From assembly GCF_032191835.1 (NCBI RefSeq), contig NC_083227.1, positions 119,846,001-119,910,000 on the forward strand: DNA of 64,000 nt, in the 5' to 3' direction. Of the stretch, positions 12,051-24,933 are shown one piece after another. Below the pieces are notes generated by a model that searched no databases, was not told the origin of the DNA, and saw only the letters and a list, made by a program, of their open reading frames with translations. Source of the DNA: Heteronotia binoei. Lineage: Eukaryota. Made by a program: the position numbers and the translations under genes. Each line of letters starts with the position of its first letter. Position 1 is the first letter of the stretch.

Positions 12051-12256
12051 CCAGAATAACTTTGCAAATTCTTCTTGGTAGACCTAGGATACAATGTCTA
12101 CTGGTTCAGCCCATTCCCATCTTTGTTGGCACTAAAAGGTTGGAGAGGCAGGATTTCCATTGATAGAAGTTGCACTGATTCTTCTCAGCAAGAGTTTATT
12201 GTGAACTTATATTTAAGTAGATCCAGGTGGGCAGCTGGGTTGCTCAAAAGCAGTAG

Positions 12257-12431
12257 AACAGATTTTGAGTCCAGTGGCACCTTTAAGACCAACAAAAGTT
12301 TATTCAAGGTATGAGCTTTCATGTGTACACACACTTCTTCAGATATCTGAATCCAGTGCGTACACATGAAAGCTCATACCTTGACTAAACTTTTGTTGGT
12401 CTTAAAGGTACCACTGGACTCAAAATCTGTT
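12257..12431. mobile_element. Penelope-like terminal (pLTR) sequence as an inverted fold-back
   Basis: GAGTCCAGTGGCACCTTTAAGACCAACAAAAGTTTATTCAAGGTATGAGCTTTC mirrored by its reverse complement around the axis TTCAGATATCTGAA. About 75-bp arms with few mismatches. Confidence 0.75.
12308..12345 (-). ncRNA. Minimal hammerhead ribozyme motif (probably impaired)
   Basis: Minus strand reads UAU-CUGAAGA-A-GUGUG[UGUA]CACAU-GAAA-GC-UC-AUACC: catalytic core, stem II, palindromic AGCU stem III, and only 3 bp of stem I. Confidence 0.5.
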
Positions 12432-12527
12432 TTATTCATTTAAAACACTCAGAACCTTACATTTTCCTCAGGAAAACTGGGATCTAAACTTATATTTGTT
12501 TCACTGTAGTTTCTGAATGTCTGAGTA

Positions 12528-12558
<31 letters not shown>

Positions 12559-13469
12559 TTTGTCTATGTATATATGTGATTGCCTTAAAACATTTGATTG
12601 ATGTATTTGTTCTGATGGCTTAGAGCAGAAGTGAAATAAGCACCTTTTCAAGTTCTCTTATTTTAAAAGGCTGTAGGTAAAATAACCATCTTGCAGGAAC
12701 AGGCAATCAGTGTGTCATTTAAAGTGTATGTGACAGCAAACATGATTGAAGTAAACATTTTCATGAGGAAGAACAGAGAGGAAAAAGGATGTTACTTTGC
12801 AGTTTGAGGACAAATGTATTGTTAAGAACCAGCAGCGATATCCATACAACTGAAGTTCAAGAGCCTCTCATTCATTCCTTTCTGCCTCCAGAAGTAATAC
12901 TTAAAGTTTAGATCAGGAGACATGAATGGTATCTCTCCAGTTGCATTACCTGTGGCTCTGATGCTCCTCTGATTGGCCCAAGGATGACAAATATTTCATC
13001 CGTATCTGTGCTAATTAAATTCATGAATTACTTTAGGCTACATTTATATAAGTGAGATTCTTTACCATTCTTCAGTATTGGAAGGGGTTAGAATAATTGG
13101 TGGAAGGTTTTGATGTTGCTATACCCAGCAGTCTTTCATTAACATTGCTAAGAAAATATCACTAAAAACCCAGGATAGTAACACTGCAGGTCTATCAATA
13201 CTGCCACTCTAGACTGGGGGGGTGGGGAGAGAAGCTTGCAGTGCCCAGCCATTTCATGTTTTTTCATGGGTCCTGGGCTGGCTCAGGGTATTGACCATGA
13301 GAGCTGGTTTGGGAAGGGGTTTGCTCCCTACTCCAGGCAACATGGAGGAATCAGCCCAGTGCTGCTCTGCTGGCTCTCCAGTCTGCCTATGTGATTTTCC
13401 TCTGCCTTATGGTGGGGACAAACCAATTTGATGCTTACCAGGAACTCATGCCTACCCAGAAACTGGTAA

Positions 13470-13627
13470 AATATCTTTAATTGTGTGTGCCTAGGTTCTT
13501 TATAGAGTTTAGAAAACTTTAGATCTCTGCTACCTGGCATTACTTTTTATGACACAAACAGCCTGCCCCAACAAAGCCCCATTTATGTAAGATCCTGTCC
13601 TCATAACAAATGAATTTGACACCCCTG
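13470..13627 (-). mobile_element. hAT-type MITE fragment
   Basis: Similar to 6450-6591 (GCTACCTGGCATTAC...TTTATGACACA...GACACCCCTG). Confidence 0.5.
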
Positions 13628-13649
13628 GTTTAGGAATTCTGTAATCTTT

Positions 13650-14099
13650 GAGGCTGTGGGCTATGTCATGCAGGGCCACCCAAGATGGACAGGCCACAGC
13701 TGAGAACCCAGACAAAATGTGATCCACTGGAGGAGGAAATGGCAAACCACTCCAGTATCCTTGCCAAGAAAACCCCATGGACAGTAACAAAAGGCTAAAA
13801 GATATGGTACTGGAGGATGCGCCCCTCATGTCTGAAGGTGCCCAATATGCTACTGGGGGAGAGCAGAGGGTAAGTCCAAGTAACCACAGAAAGAGTGAAG
13901 TGGCTGGGCCAAAGCCAAAAGGATGCTGTGGATGTGTCTGAAGGTGAAAGAACAGTCTGATGCTGCAAAGAACAATACTGCATTGGAACGTGGAATGTAA
14001 GATCTATGAATCAAGGTAAGCTGGATGTAGTCAAACAAGAGATGGCAAGACTGAACATTGACATCTTGGGAATCAGTGAACTAAAGTGGACGGGAATGG
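13650..14099 (+). mobile_element. RTE-BovB 5' region and start of the endonuclease ORF
   Basis: GGAGGAGGAAATGGCAAACCACTCCAGTATCCTTGCC, and translation YCIGTWNVRSMNQGKLDVVKQEMARLNIDILGISELKWTGM. Confidence 0.9.
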
Positions 14100-14197
14100 C
14101 CCTGTACTAACAGCCCCATAAACTCTTGGAGGATTGACTACATCAGGGGTGTGTGGTCTCTTATGCAAAGGAATTCCTGCTACAAAATAAGCTTTGC
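14100..14197. mobile_element. Half of a CAGGGCTTTTTTTGTAGC-type hAT MITE
   Basis: Matches the right arm of the complete copy at 28841-29016. Confidence 0.6.
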
Positions 14198-15526
14198 TGT
14201 CAGTGTTCTAATTGTTTTTATGTCTCTGAATGTAATTTCAGCTCTGGTTTAAATTGTTTCAAATATGTGCTTTTGTTGATTTAAATGGTTTTAAGTGTGG
14301 TTTTATTATGTATGTTTTAATTTGTTAGCCATCTTGGTGGCTCTATGATGACAGAAGAGTGGAATATAAAGATAATTAAAATAATAAAGAAATATTGTCA
14401 AAGTGCTGTATATGTGAACTGTAATATGTATATTCTATGGTGTTCCTGCCTGGCTCATTGGAGCCTGTAGAATGGAGCTTGGGGACTCAGGAATAAAGGG
14501 CACTAGGATAAAATCCCTGCTGCCCTGCCCCAATCACAGGCCCCCTGCTGGTTTGAATGGTCCAAATAACGTGCTTGAGTTCATCAACCTCTTTGAAAAC
14601 ATAATAAATTATTGCAAATGTTAAAAAAACCACGTAATTTAACATTTTAATAACTGCAGATATACTGCATTTTAGACCTGCCTTGATCTCTCTCTCAGCT
14701 ATACTCAGGCAAAAGCCCTTGTTGCTCCATTCCAGTTATGCAACTGACAATGAAAAGTAACTATACAGGTAATTCTGCCCAACAGATGAGCAGCTTCTTT
14801 CCCAGCAGGGCTCTTTATGGTCCAGCACAAGCAATCAGAAAGCATTCCAGGACAGCAGGCATGAATAAAAATGCCCACTTCAGCACTGCAGCACCAGACA
14901 GTGAAGTTCCAGGAAAGCAAGGAGGCTTGATTTTAATTGAAATTTGCTAATTTATTTTAATAAGACACCTGCTTAGAAGAAGAACAGGCCTGGATCCTGA
15001 CAACATTATCTTCCCTAGTCCTAAAATGATAAGAGTACTTTAAGTACTCTGTCAGTAGATTTCCCCTGCCAGTCTAAAATCATTTTGGAGCAGATTTCCA
15101 ATACCTGCAGTTTTCTCCCCAGCTTTTGAAAAAAGTTTATCATCATCATCATTAGAGTTTCTACATTTGTAAAGGGCAACTTATTTCTTCAGTTCCTTTA
15201 ATGATTCAAATATATAAGGACAAATTGAGATAAAAGTATAATATGATTGCCTTATCTTTAATCATTTCCAGTGTTTTGATCTCTTTTCAAAAGATTGCAC
15301 TTGTAGTTTTGAGCAAGTCATGCTGCTTTTTAAAGACACACACTCACCTCCATTTTTTCTGTTGAATTTTTTAGGATAACTAGACCGTTCTGACTGACAG
15401 ACATCCAACTGCACTCCATGCTTGCCATAAGGTTGTAACCTTCTTACCATCTTCTCTGAATTCTGCAGGAGTCCCTGTCACTCAAACAGCATAAAATGTT
15501 TCCAAATGAGAAATTTATCCTTGCAG

Positions 15527-15619
15527 GTAGTGGCCTACTGTGTATATCTTGCACCCTGTGGGGAAAGGATGAAACAAATGAAGTGTGCCTGGACCAGCAT
15601 GAACTTTTCCTCACTCCAG
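15527..15619 (+). other. Candidate 93-nt exon, unassigned
   Basis: TTTATCCTTGCAG acceptor and CAG|GTGAGT donor. Two open frames (GSGLLCISCTLWGKDETNEVCLDQHELFLTP or VVAYCVYLAPCGERMKQMKCAWTSMNFSSLQ). No homology recognised. Confidence 0.25.
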
Positions 15620-15989
15620 GTGAGTAAAAAGCAACATCTAACCAGCAAATCAGATATCCATTTCATTACTGGGATTGTGTTTTCCTTTGGATGCACAAAG
15701 CAATAAAAAGGCAATTACTTAAAGAAGAAACTCCCTCACATCTAGAGAGTTTTTAGTGATTGTCCTCATGCAAAGCAGATTGCAAACATAATTGGTAACA
15801 AAAACAGCACAGAGCATTTTAAAGACTAACAGATTTATTGTGGAATAAGCATCCATGGTCTGGAGTACACTTAATCTGAAGTGGGGTAGGGATTGACAGG
15901 TGTCAAAGAGGTGAAACTAAGGATTAATTCACTCACTCCAATTGATATGATTCTGATATTGGCTAATGATTGCAGGTAAAGGTTCAGGG

Positions 15990-16232
15990 GCTGATAACCC
16001 TGACCTAGATAGCCCAGGCAAGCCTGATCTCTTCAGATCTCAGAAGCTAAGCAGGATCAACTCTGGGAAGAACTTGGATGAGAGACCTCCTTGGAATACC
16101 AGAGCCTGCAAGCAAGGGCAGGCTTTATCCGGCCACCTCTCTGAATATTCTCCATGCCCCCAGTAGGGGTCAGTAATCAGAGGTTGCCATGACTTCCAGG
16201 TGCACACACACATGCACATATACAAAAAAAAA
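15990..16232 (+). mobile_element. 5S rRNA-derived SINE
   Basis: CCTGATCTCTTCAGATCTCAGAAGCTAAGCAGG...ACTTGGATGAGAGACC matches the 5S internal promoter region. A-rich tail. Confidence 0.72.
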
Positions 16233-17337
16233 TCAGGGGCTAATGACTAAGCAGTATCACGTGATCCTTTTTGTTGAAGGGGATGGAGACAGTAACCTTG
16301 CTAGAGGTAAACCGGATAAGATCCAGTCTGTGCTCAGATGGAAGAGCAATCCAGCACAGCTCTGCCATCCATAGTTGCTTGGTAAGGCAGAAGAAACTGT
16401 TGCTATCTAATGCTGGAAATTCAGAGGGGCTTAAAATACTCCACTCTTACAAGACTTCCCAGCCCACTGTTTTTATGTCTCTTTAGGGAGTTTATCCCAC
16501 ATGGGAAGGTTTCAGAATTCTATGGAACTCATAACTTGGGTTTACATCATGAAAAGGCTTTATCTTCTAAATTGGAAGCATGTTGAGTTCAAGTCACAGC
16601 TGACATAATGGCGTTGAAGAATAAATATATGAATATATGGATACAGTATACATACAACATATAATATCAAATACACATTGTGTACACTCTAACAGCAATA
16701 TAATAGCTGCCTCACTGGATTTCTGTGACTCTCTTTAAATGCATCTTCAGTTGGATCCATGTAGCTTTCTCTTCCTTATAAATCGCCCCAGCAAAATTAT
16801 TAAAAGTCTAGAAGATAACATTAGAGAAGACGCACCAGGAAATCCATGGTATGCTCACCACAAAAGAGAGATAAATAGAATGGGACCGTTCTTCTGGACA
16901 TGGTTTTGACTCTTCATCAGCTTAGACTCTCTATTTACATAACATTCTGTGGAGTGACAGAGAAAAATCCTCACATTTGAATCAACGCATGTGTGCTTCC
17001 AGTCTCTGCACCCAGAGCGTCTCCCCTTTTCCCACTTCTTTCTTTCCTCCTCACCCAACAGCCAACTTGCTTTATCTGACCCTCTTCTACCCCCGCAGCA
17101 GCCTCCGTCTAGGAAAATTGTAGACCCAGTTTTGTGGTGCCAGCTGCTGAGCCATGCATGGTGAGGAACCCTCAAGGACTTGTGGGGGTGGAGAAGTGAC
17201 TTTCCCATGTCCCCTTCCCTATATTATTTCCCCTTTCCCTTCACCTGGCAACCAACATTCCCTCTTCCCTTTCCCTGCTTCATTCACTCCTCAGCCATTC
17301 ACCAGTTTGTCTTTTATCTGCCTCCCATCTTCAATTA

Positions 17338-18010
17338 TATTTATTATTCATTTACTTCATTTATACTCCACCTTTCTCCTCAGTGGGGAACCAAAGCAGT
17401 TGACATCATTCTCCTCTGACTGGAAGTCTCCAGACTGGTGATTTGAAGCTGGGTCTTGCAGACCTTAGTCTAACTGCTAAACAACACTGGCTTTCATAGT
17501 GGCTGCTGTTGAATAGTAGCAGGCAGCCAGGCCTAGCTGAGTCATGCAAGCTGAGTGGCATCAAATCACCCAGTGATTGCTGGGAAGGTTGCTGCCAGGC
17601 CTGGCTCCAATGAGTCCTTCCTCAAAGGCTAAAATAGCCCTAGAAAGGGCCCTGCTCCTCCCCCTGCCTTTTACTCAGAGAAATCAAGCCTAGAATGGTG
17701 TGTTTACCTAGCAATTGCCACTAATGACTTCTGTTTTTTTGTTTTTTTTTAAAGGCATGGGCACTAATTTTGTCATTTATGTTATGTGCAGGCCTCAGAT
17801 TCAGCAGGAGCTTACAGGAGCACATTTCTGACAGTTCCACCTCTTTCTTCCCACCTTGTCCATTGAATAGTAGGTGCAGCTGCATAACAATCCCTGGATG
17901 AGCTTCACCACCTTTATTTCTACAAAACGACCCCTAGTTATGTGTGTGTGTGAATGTGTGTGTGTATTTTAAATTTCTTTAGATTTCATATTTTTCTGCA
18001 AACCTGGGGC
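17338..18010 (+). repeat. Dispersed repeat copy C with antisense SINE (17338-17490)
   Basis: ...ACAACACTGG|CTTTCATAGTGGCTGCTGTTGAATAGTAGCAGGCAG, followed by the shared blocks. Confidence 0.62.
17789..17936 (-). mobile_element. hAT MITE inserted in copy C
   Basis: CAGGCCTCAG...GACCCCTA flanked by a perfect 8-bp TSD, GTTATGTG. Confidence 0.8.
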
Positions 18011-18676
18011 ATTTTTCAAATTTGTAGAGTTTGTAAGTTCTTCAAGAACCTTTGAGATGGGAAGTAATATGAAATTTGCAGGCTGAGTCTGCATAGAAGT
18101 GTATCATTCTCTTTGGGTTCCAGTTGAAGATTAAGCAGAAGGAAATAAAAACAAGTTGATAAAGTATATACAAAACTGCCATATACTATCCGGGAAGGCT
18201 TGCCCTGCTTCTGTGATTCTGACAACTGCTTTATTCTAACAAAGAAATTGCTTAGCATCAAATCAGGCACAGTTACTTGCCAGAAAACAACCTCTTGTCA
18301 TTTTGAGCAAGATTTGGTTGCATAACCTGTGGCTGTGCATCTGGGAATCCTTTATGGACTTATTCTTGTTAATGAACTTTATTTGGACTTGAAGAAGGAG
18401 AGAGATTTTCATGTTTTTTGGAATTTTAAGCTGTTATTTAGTGTCATTATATATCTGTGGGATCTTTGCTGAATTGCTTTTACAAGGGTTCCGTATTGGG
18501 GTTAATATATTGTTATATAATTGCACTATAGACTGGCAGTATAAGATATTATGTATATTAACTGTTGATGGTCATGTTCAGTGTAATTTTTCTTCCAAAT
18601 GTTTCACAGGCATGGTTGTCAGCTTTCAGACTAGCTCTGCACTTGTGTGTCTTTCAACAGTTGCCTAATACACTAT

Positions 18677-18820
18677 GGGCATTTTCCCACAGAGCTTACC
18701 ACGGAGCGACGTCCCTCTTCACCGCGCAGCGTCTGCGTGGATTTCCCACCAACTGCTCCGCAGAACCAGGAAGTGCCGGGCCTTTTGTGTCGCAAATGTA
18801 AACCGCTAAAAACCAGTTTA
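18677..18820 (+). mobile_element. Left half of a relative of the 286-bp Harbinger-like MITE
   Basis: GGGCATTTTCCCAC...GAGCGACGTCCCTCTTCACCGCGCAG...AAAAACCAGTTT aligns to 1584-1735 and stops at the palindrome centre. Confidence 0.65.
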
Positions 18821-19880
18821 CGTGCGTGTGCAAGATATGAAATAAAACTACAGGCTTCAAGCAGAAAAGTGTGGCAGCAAAGAAGATATTTTACTATGCA
18901 GGCAGGGGGAGACTCATAGCTATTCAATCTGTTATATTTTCCACTCAGATAACTTTGATGTACTGTCCATTCAGAGGTCCTCTGAATCTAGGAGTCTGTA
19001 AGTCTGCTTCGTGTCAAGGCACAGACTACCATGCTGACAAATTACTAAATGAATGTAATATGGTGAAAATGTGTTCTCTTTCTCTGTATATTCCTCATGC
19101 GTCACACACAAGATCATATTGCTGTAATCCAATCAAATTTCCATCTTTTGATTCTTACTCACAGTAGTCTAGTTCTGCCAAGCAAAACAGGGAGCACTCA
19201 GTGTGGAGAAGGGAAGATCAAGATTACACTCACTGGCCCTATCCTTGACCTTCCCCTGCTGATCTAGCTCTTCACACAGATATTATGCATGTATGAGCTA
19301 TATGTACACAGGCACAGATCATACAAAGATAATCCACACATATACATACGAAACTGCCTAGTTTTTTGCACAGGGAATGATTTCTTGGTCAAGTAAAAAT
19401 GTGTGCCCCAGAAACCTCAGGCACTAGCTTACCCTCTGCCAATTGCATTTCTTTCCATAAAAGCCATCTAGTTTATTAATTAGCTTATAAATTTGTAGAT
19501 TAATTTTCTTATTAGGGTACTTCAAATTATAGTTCTCATTTGACATAGACAATTGATATCTAAGCCTCTCTTATTTCCTGTAGGAATGCTATTTTTCTTG
19601 CATTCCAGGCTACTTTACAATAATAGTGGATGTTCTATTCCAGGCATGTTTCAGTGACAACAGGGGATAAGAAGGTTTAAATGACATAAATCAGCTAATT
19701 AAATGTCTGTTGTTGTTCTTTATTCAGAACTTTTCTGTAATATCGTGGGTTGAGAGACTGGTCAACAGTTTGTAACTTATTGCTAGATTGGTTTCTTCAG
19801 TTCTCTGAAACCTTTTATCACTGATGTTCATTTAATACTATTCACCTTTTGCTCTGCTATTCTATAGCATTGTTCATTTT

Positions 19881-21233
19881 GGTCGTTTTCGCACTTAGCA
19901 TTTGCTCCCCTTATTCCGCGGCGCAATTATGTCCGGATCATTTTTCTCGTTTTCGCACTAGTGACTCTTTGCGGAGTCGCCTTCCCTGAAGCCCCGGCTC
20001 AAATCGTTTTCCCACTGGCATCGACTTGAGTTCGATGCCCTGTCAATCATTTTTTTTTTAAGCGCAAGTCTGGTTGCGTAAGGACGTACTAACGTAACAT
20101 CGAGCAAGCACAGCTGTTCCCTCCCCTTCTTTTCGTGGACAAACCGCATCACGTGTGCTGCTGCTGCTTATGGATTGGCTGCAGCTATAGAATCCTCCAC
20201 AGCCCTTTATGTATTAACAGAAGCATTCACAGTGGAGAATCCTAGCACTAGATCCCCCCCCCCCCAAATTCTGAAGTTGCGAAATATCGCAATAACGAAG
20301 AGAGAGAAATCGAGGGGTTTGTGTGTGTGTGTGTGTGTGGCAGCTTCTTCCTTTCCCAGCCTCGCTTCCTCCCGGGTGGCGAAGCTGGGATTTCCTCCGC
20401 TCTCTTTCCCCTCCCCGGCTGGCGCTTGCAACGGGGACCTGACTGATTCCTGCTGCCAGAGCTCCCCCCCCCGCCCCATTCTCTCCTTCCCCTTCTGTGG
20501 CGCGTGTGAAGAGCGAGCTCGCGTCTATTTTCTAACCGAGCGGAATGTAGCCAGGGAGAAGAATGCAGGACTCCAACTTCCCATTTTATACATGGCGATT
20601 TTGTGCAGGTCCAGAAATCCTGGTGGCACAGCTGAGGGAGGCATTCCCTTTTTAAAACACACACACATGAACGCTTTGGCCCGCACCGGCACTAGATTCC
20701 CCCCCCCCAACAATGGTCGTTTTCGCATTATCGAGATAACGCAACAGCGAAATAATGCAACTAAAGTCAATAATAATAATAAAAAATTCTAACGAAACCA
20801 ATTGAAGTGGCAATTGAGGCTATTCCAGGAGAGTTTTTTTTTCTATTTGTTAATTTCGAAATATCGCTATTACGCAAAACTGTGAAGTTTAAAAAAAAAT
20901 GGCCATGCCGGCACTTTGGGGAAGCGCCGCGAAAGGCTGATGATTGGCCAAGGGGGTGGATGGGGTGGGAGGACGGAAAGGGAGAGGGTGACGCCCACAA
21001 AGCAGTCGATCCGGCGTGGATGGATTTCCCACAGCAAACTCCGAGGAGTGGATCCAGTGTGGATCCGGAGGTTTTCAAAAACTCCGGAAGGAGGTGGATC
21101 TAGATACTCCGGCGTGAAACCCCTGCAGCGCCGGAGCAAACCGCAGCGCCGGAGCAACAGGTGGGAAAACCAGGAAAAGATCCGGAGGTAAATGGGGTGC
21201 TACGCCGGAGTAAACGCTAGTGCGAAAACGGCC
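19881..21233. mobile_element. 1353-bp CpG-rich non-autonomous element sharing TIRs with the 286-bp MITE
   Basis: GGTCGTTTTCGCACT...AGTGCGAAAACGGCC with TTT on both sides (3-bp TSD). Internal GTTTTC(G/C)CAC repeats at 19949, 20006, 20719 and reversed at 21161. No transposase ORF. Confidence 0.75.
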
Positions 21234-21937
21234 TTTGTGTCAGTGATGTTAAGTCACTAAATAGGTTGGTGCCATTCTGCTTGATAGAAATAACCCTCTT
21301 TCATTAAGTTTTGTCAAGCAAGTCTTCTAAATAGAGATGTGAAAGAAATCAGAAAAATTGAGAGGGGGGAGGTTTAAATGTCCTCCAAGGACTTGACTTT
21401 AGAAAATAACTATTGTATATGCTTCAATTTCCCCTAAAGTTTCAGGTTTTTTTCCCTCAAGGCTTCAGAATTTCTGGAAATGTTACATCTTTAATTCTAA
21501 GAATGCAATCTACAGATGAGCATGAACCCAACCACAAATCATGATTCATGCTAAAAATGGCTGATTCATGGTTCATTCCAAATTTATTAGTCTGATTCTG
21601 CCACATCCAAACACAAAAACAATCTGGCCTTTTTTTTTCTTGGCATGTTGCTTGGCTTGTGTTTGGTTCATTTTTCCAGACAGCCTGGCATGATTCCCCA
21701 AGCCCCATGCACTTCCAGTCAGTGAAACTGACTAGAACCAGCAGCTCCACTCTCCTCAGCCTCCTGTGCATCTCGTCAATTTCCAGTGAAGTTTACTAGA
21801 TTAGGGGCACACCTGCTTTGGGGAGGGGCTGTAGCTTGGCCCCCTGAAAACCAATATGCAACCAACTTGGAGAGCTGGCAGAAAAAAGTCCAATGAAGAG
21901 TTTGTCACAAGTTTGGTGTCTCTAGCCCACTCAAGGG

Positions 21938-22155
21938 CTTGTCTATATCCTTCTTAAAATGTGGTACCCAAAACTGAACACAATGTTCCAGGTGAGATCT
22001 TACCAGAGCAGAGTAAAGTGATACCATCATTTCACGTGATCTGGACACTATACTTCTGTTCATACAGCCCAAAATTGCATTTGCCTTTCTAGCCACCGCA
22101 TCATACTATTGACTCATATTCAGCATATGGTCCACTAAGACCCCTAGATCCTTTT
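21938..22155 (-). mobile_element. CR1 ORF2 fragment
   Basis: [52 protein letters not shown], closely matching the CR1 at 27.4-27.7 kb. Confidence 0.9.
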
Positions 22156-22330
22156 GTCACACTAAAATAAGCTTTTATCCCTAAGCCTACCTCCAAAACC
22201 TAACTAAAAGCCAAATAAATAAGATGACGCTCCTTTCCAGAGCCACGGAATCCCTCTCCAAAAGAAAAAAAAAGTTTTTGTTACTCTTCTTGAGCTGAGG
22301 CTGGCTCACCCACTCTCATCCAGTGGAGTT

Positions 22331-22874
22331 TAGGGATGAGTCCCCAGGTGGAGGTGTGGGATCCTGGATTTTGTGGGCTTTTGCTTGCCACTGGCCAGCT
22401 GGCTGTCCCCAAGCCTGGCCCACAACAGTGACCACAAGTGACTGCCCCCTCCCTCCTTTCCTGTGAAATTTAAAGGGCCCTTCAGCTGATCAGTGGGAGC
22501 ACATGGCCTGCTGATCATCTGGAGGAGGAGACAGAGAGGGGCACTTGCAGGAGGAGACAGAGAGAGGCACATGCTGGCCACACACCTGAACTCCAAGTAG
22601 CAAATTTGCCACTTGGAGTTCAGGCATGCCTACCCCTGCTTCTTGCAAAAAGCATTTAAAGGGTCCCTTTAAATGCTTTTTTTCAAGAAGCAGGGGGGCA
22701 CACACACTTGAACTCCAAGTAATGAATTCACTGCTTGGAGTGTAGGTATGTGGGGCACTGGTTCCAATGTGATGATGTCACTTCTGTGTAACATCATGTT
22801 GGGACATCCCCATCCCCTCTAGAAATGCCCCACAAAGTCCCCTGCCAGTGATAGCAAAGGACCTGGCAACCCTA
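22331..22874. mobile_element. Non-autonomous hAT element (544 bp)
   Basis: TAGGGATG...TGGCAACCCTA with a perfect 8-bp TSD, GTGGAGTT. Confidence 0.8.
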
Positions 22875-23342
22875 GTGGAGTTTCATGGGCTTTGATTGGC
22901 TTGGGTTTGTATGAGGCCAAAATCACAAGCATTGGTTCATTACAGTTTTCTCCGGTCACCACTTCTCAATTGCACAGAAAATTCTTAGTGCGGACCCCAG
23001 AAAAGAAGAGATTCAAAGTCTTGTTTCTTGGGAACAGCCAAAGTGGTAGGTAAGGGTAGGGGATGGTAGGAGTGGATCAGGACTCTGAAAAGGCATGGGC
23101 CCACGTGTTTGGAGAGGAACCAACCCATGCTGCACTTGAAACACAGCAAGGGGAAGTTATCCATTAGAATATGACCATTTTGTAATGCTACACCATTTAT
23201 CCCTTGACAAATAAAATGTAGGGTCAGGAAACCAAACCCAGGGCAGGCTTCTGGGACCACTATACCAGCAGCTGGCTGGAAGCATATTCATCTTCTTTAG
23301 AAGACACCTAGTGCAAAGAACGCCAATCAAAGATCACTATGC

Positions 23343-23480
23343 CTAGGGCTTTTTTTGTAGCAGTAACTCCCCTGTACACCAGGCCACACACATCCTGATG
23401 CAGCCAACCCTCCTGGAGCCCACAGTAGGCCCTGTACTAAGGGCCTTGTAAGTTCCCAGAGGACCACCCACACCAGGGGT
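23343..23480. mobile_element. Degenerate hAT MITE (CAGGGCTTTTTTTGTAGC family)
   Basis: Similar to 28841-29016. Confidence 0.55.
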
Positions 23481-24933
23481 GTGCGGCCCAATAAAGCATT
23501 GGTTCAGAGCCCTGGAGGAGAGGCAGGACTTTTAAGGATGACTGCCACTGCTGGAAACAAGTATTGCACTAAATTATGTGAAAAGACTTAAGGAAAGACC
23601 AGAGAACGGCAGAGGGGCCACATCCCACCTTCACGAGCAGGAGTATCCAGTTATGTAGCCCAAAGGCTACATGAAGGTAGTCATCTCACCAGCTGTTTGG
23701 GATAGTTAGATCTCAGTTCTGTTCTGTATTTATCTTAAGTCTTCTTATCCTAAACCATTTACACATATTATATCTGGAATCTGCAATCACTGTAGATTTC
23801 TAATTCTTATTGGTTGATTTAATTTTGTTGCACCCCATTTTGAGAACTGAAAAGTGGCATTTAACTGGAAATAAGGAAATGGACAGCTCATTAGTAAAGT
23901 GCATCTAGAAGGCTCCAGGGTTCCTGCCATCTTCAGGTTGCAGCATTTAAGACCTCTGGTAAATCTCTGGAGACTGCCCACCAGTCAGCATACTGGCTAA
24001 ATGGCATGGGAGCTTCCGATGTCAAAATCTCCCCCCCGCCCCCCCCCCCCCCCCGCAAAAAAAATGTATGTATATCCAAATTGTGTATGTTCTGGAAACT
24101 GCAGACACAACCTGAGATAACTTCTGTGCTTAAAAAACTATGAGCTTCCCACTCTCCCACCCCGCCCCCACTATCCAAAGATCCATGGAACAATCTAGAC
24201 TGCTGGAATCAAATAAGACATATTGCATGTTATCTTTAGGCCTAACTTCCTCTTGTATCCCAAGAGAAGAAACTGGCAATAGCAAATTTCTGAAAGCAGT
24301 ATCTATATTGCTGAATCACAGTGTTGCAATAAAGTTCCTTGAAGCCAATGGTGCTGGCATGAAAGTCTGCCAAAAAGCAAACTGATAAAAAATGCAGTAA
24401 GACACAACAGGAGAGATATTATTCCATGTGGTGTTAGGAGTAACTCAGGGAAGTTTAGGAAAAAAAAATAAACAGAAGTTGTATAATACTGAGGTCCCAT
24501 GAGGCTCGGAACAACTGACCAATGAAAGGGGTAAAATCTCTGCTGGAGTAAGTACTTTGTGTCACCTGCATGATGGAAGCATCTTTAGCAAGTAATGGTA
24601 CACAACCCTGTTCGCCAATTCCTTTCCTCCTCATGTACTCCTCTGAGGACACTTGAGTCTTGATCCAGGAAACTGGAAGGAATTCAGAGGCACAATTCTC
24701 AGAAAGTGATTCAACTAGCCTTTTCTTTGGACCCTCATCTCAAATTTCATAGCTTAGTTTAGAGTGAAAATCATAGGATGCTTATGTTGTATTTACTAGA
24801 TGTAGTTTTCAAATCTTTGTTAAAAAATCTTATTCACATGAAATTTATTCATTAAATTTCTGTCTCTCTTTCTCCCCTGTCAGCAGTGGGCCATAAAAGA
24901 AGTACACAGAATTTTAAAAGGTTGAGTCCCAGC

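Noticed and set aside
15990-16110. 5S rRNA or tRNA genes
   Set aside because: The 5S-like and tRNA-like segments are degenerate SINE heads attached to SINE bodies.
19958-21191. Cluster of 60-205 aa ORFs and an apparent CpG island
   Set aside because: Lies within a TIR- and TSD-bounded element, and none resembles a transposase.
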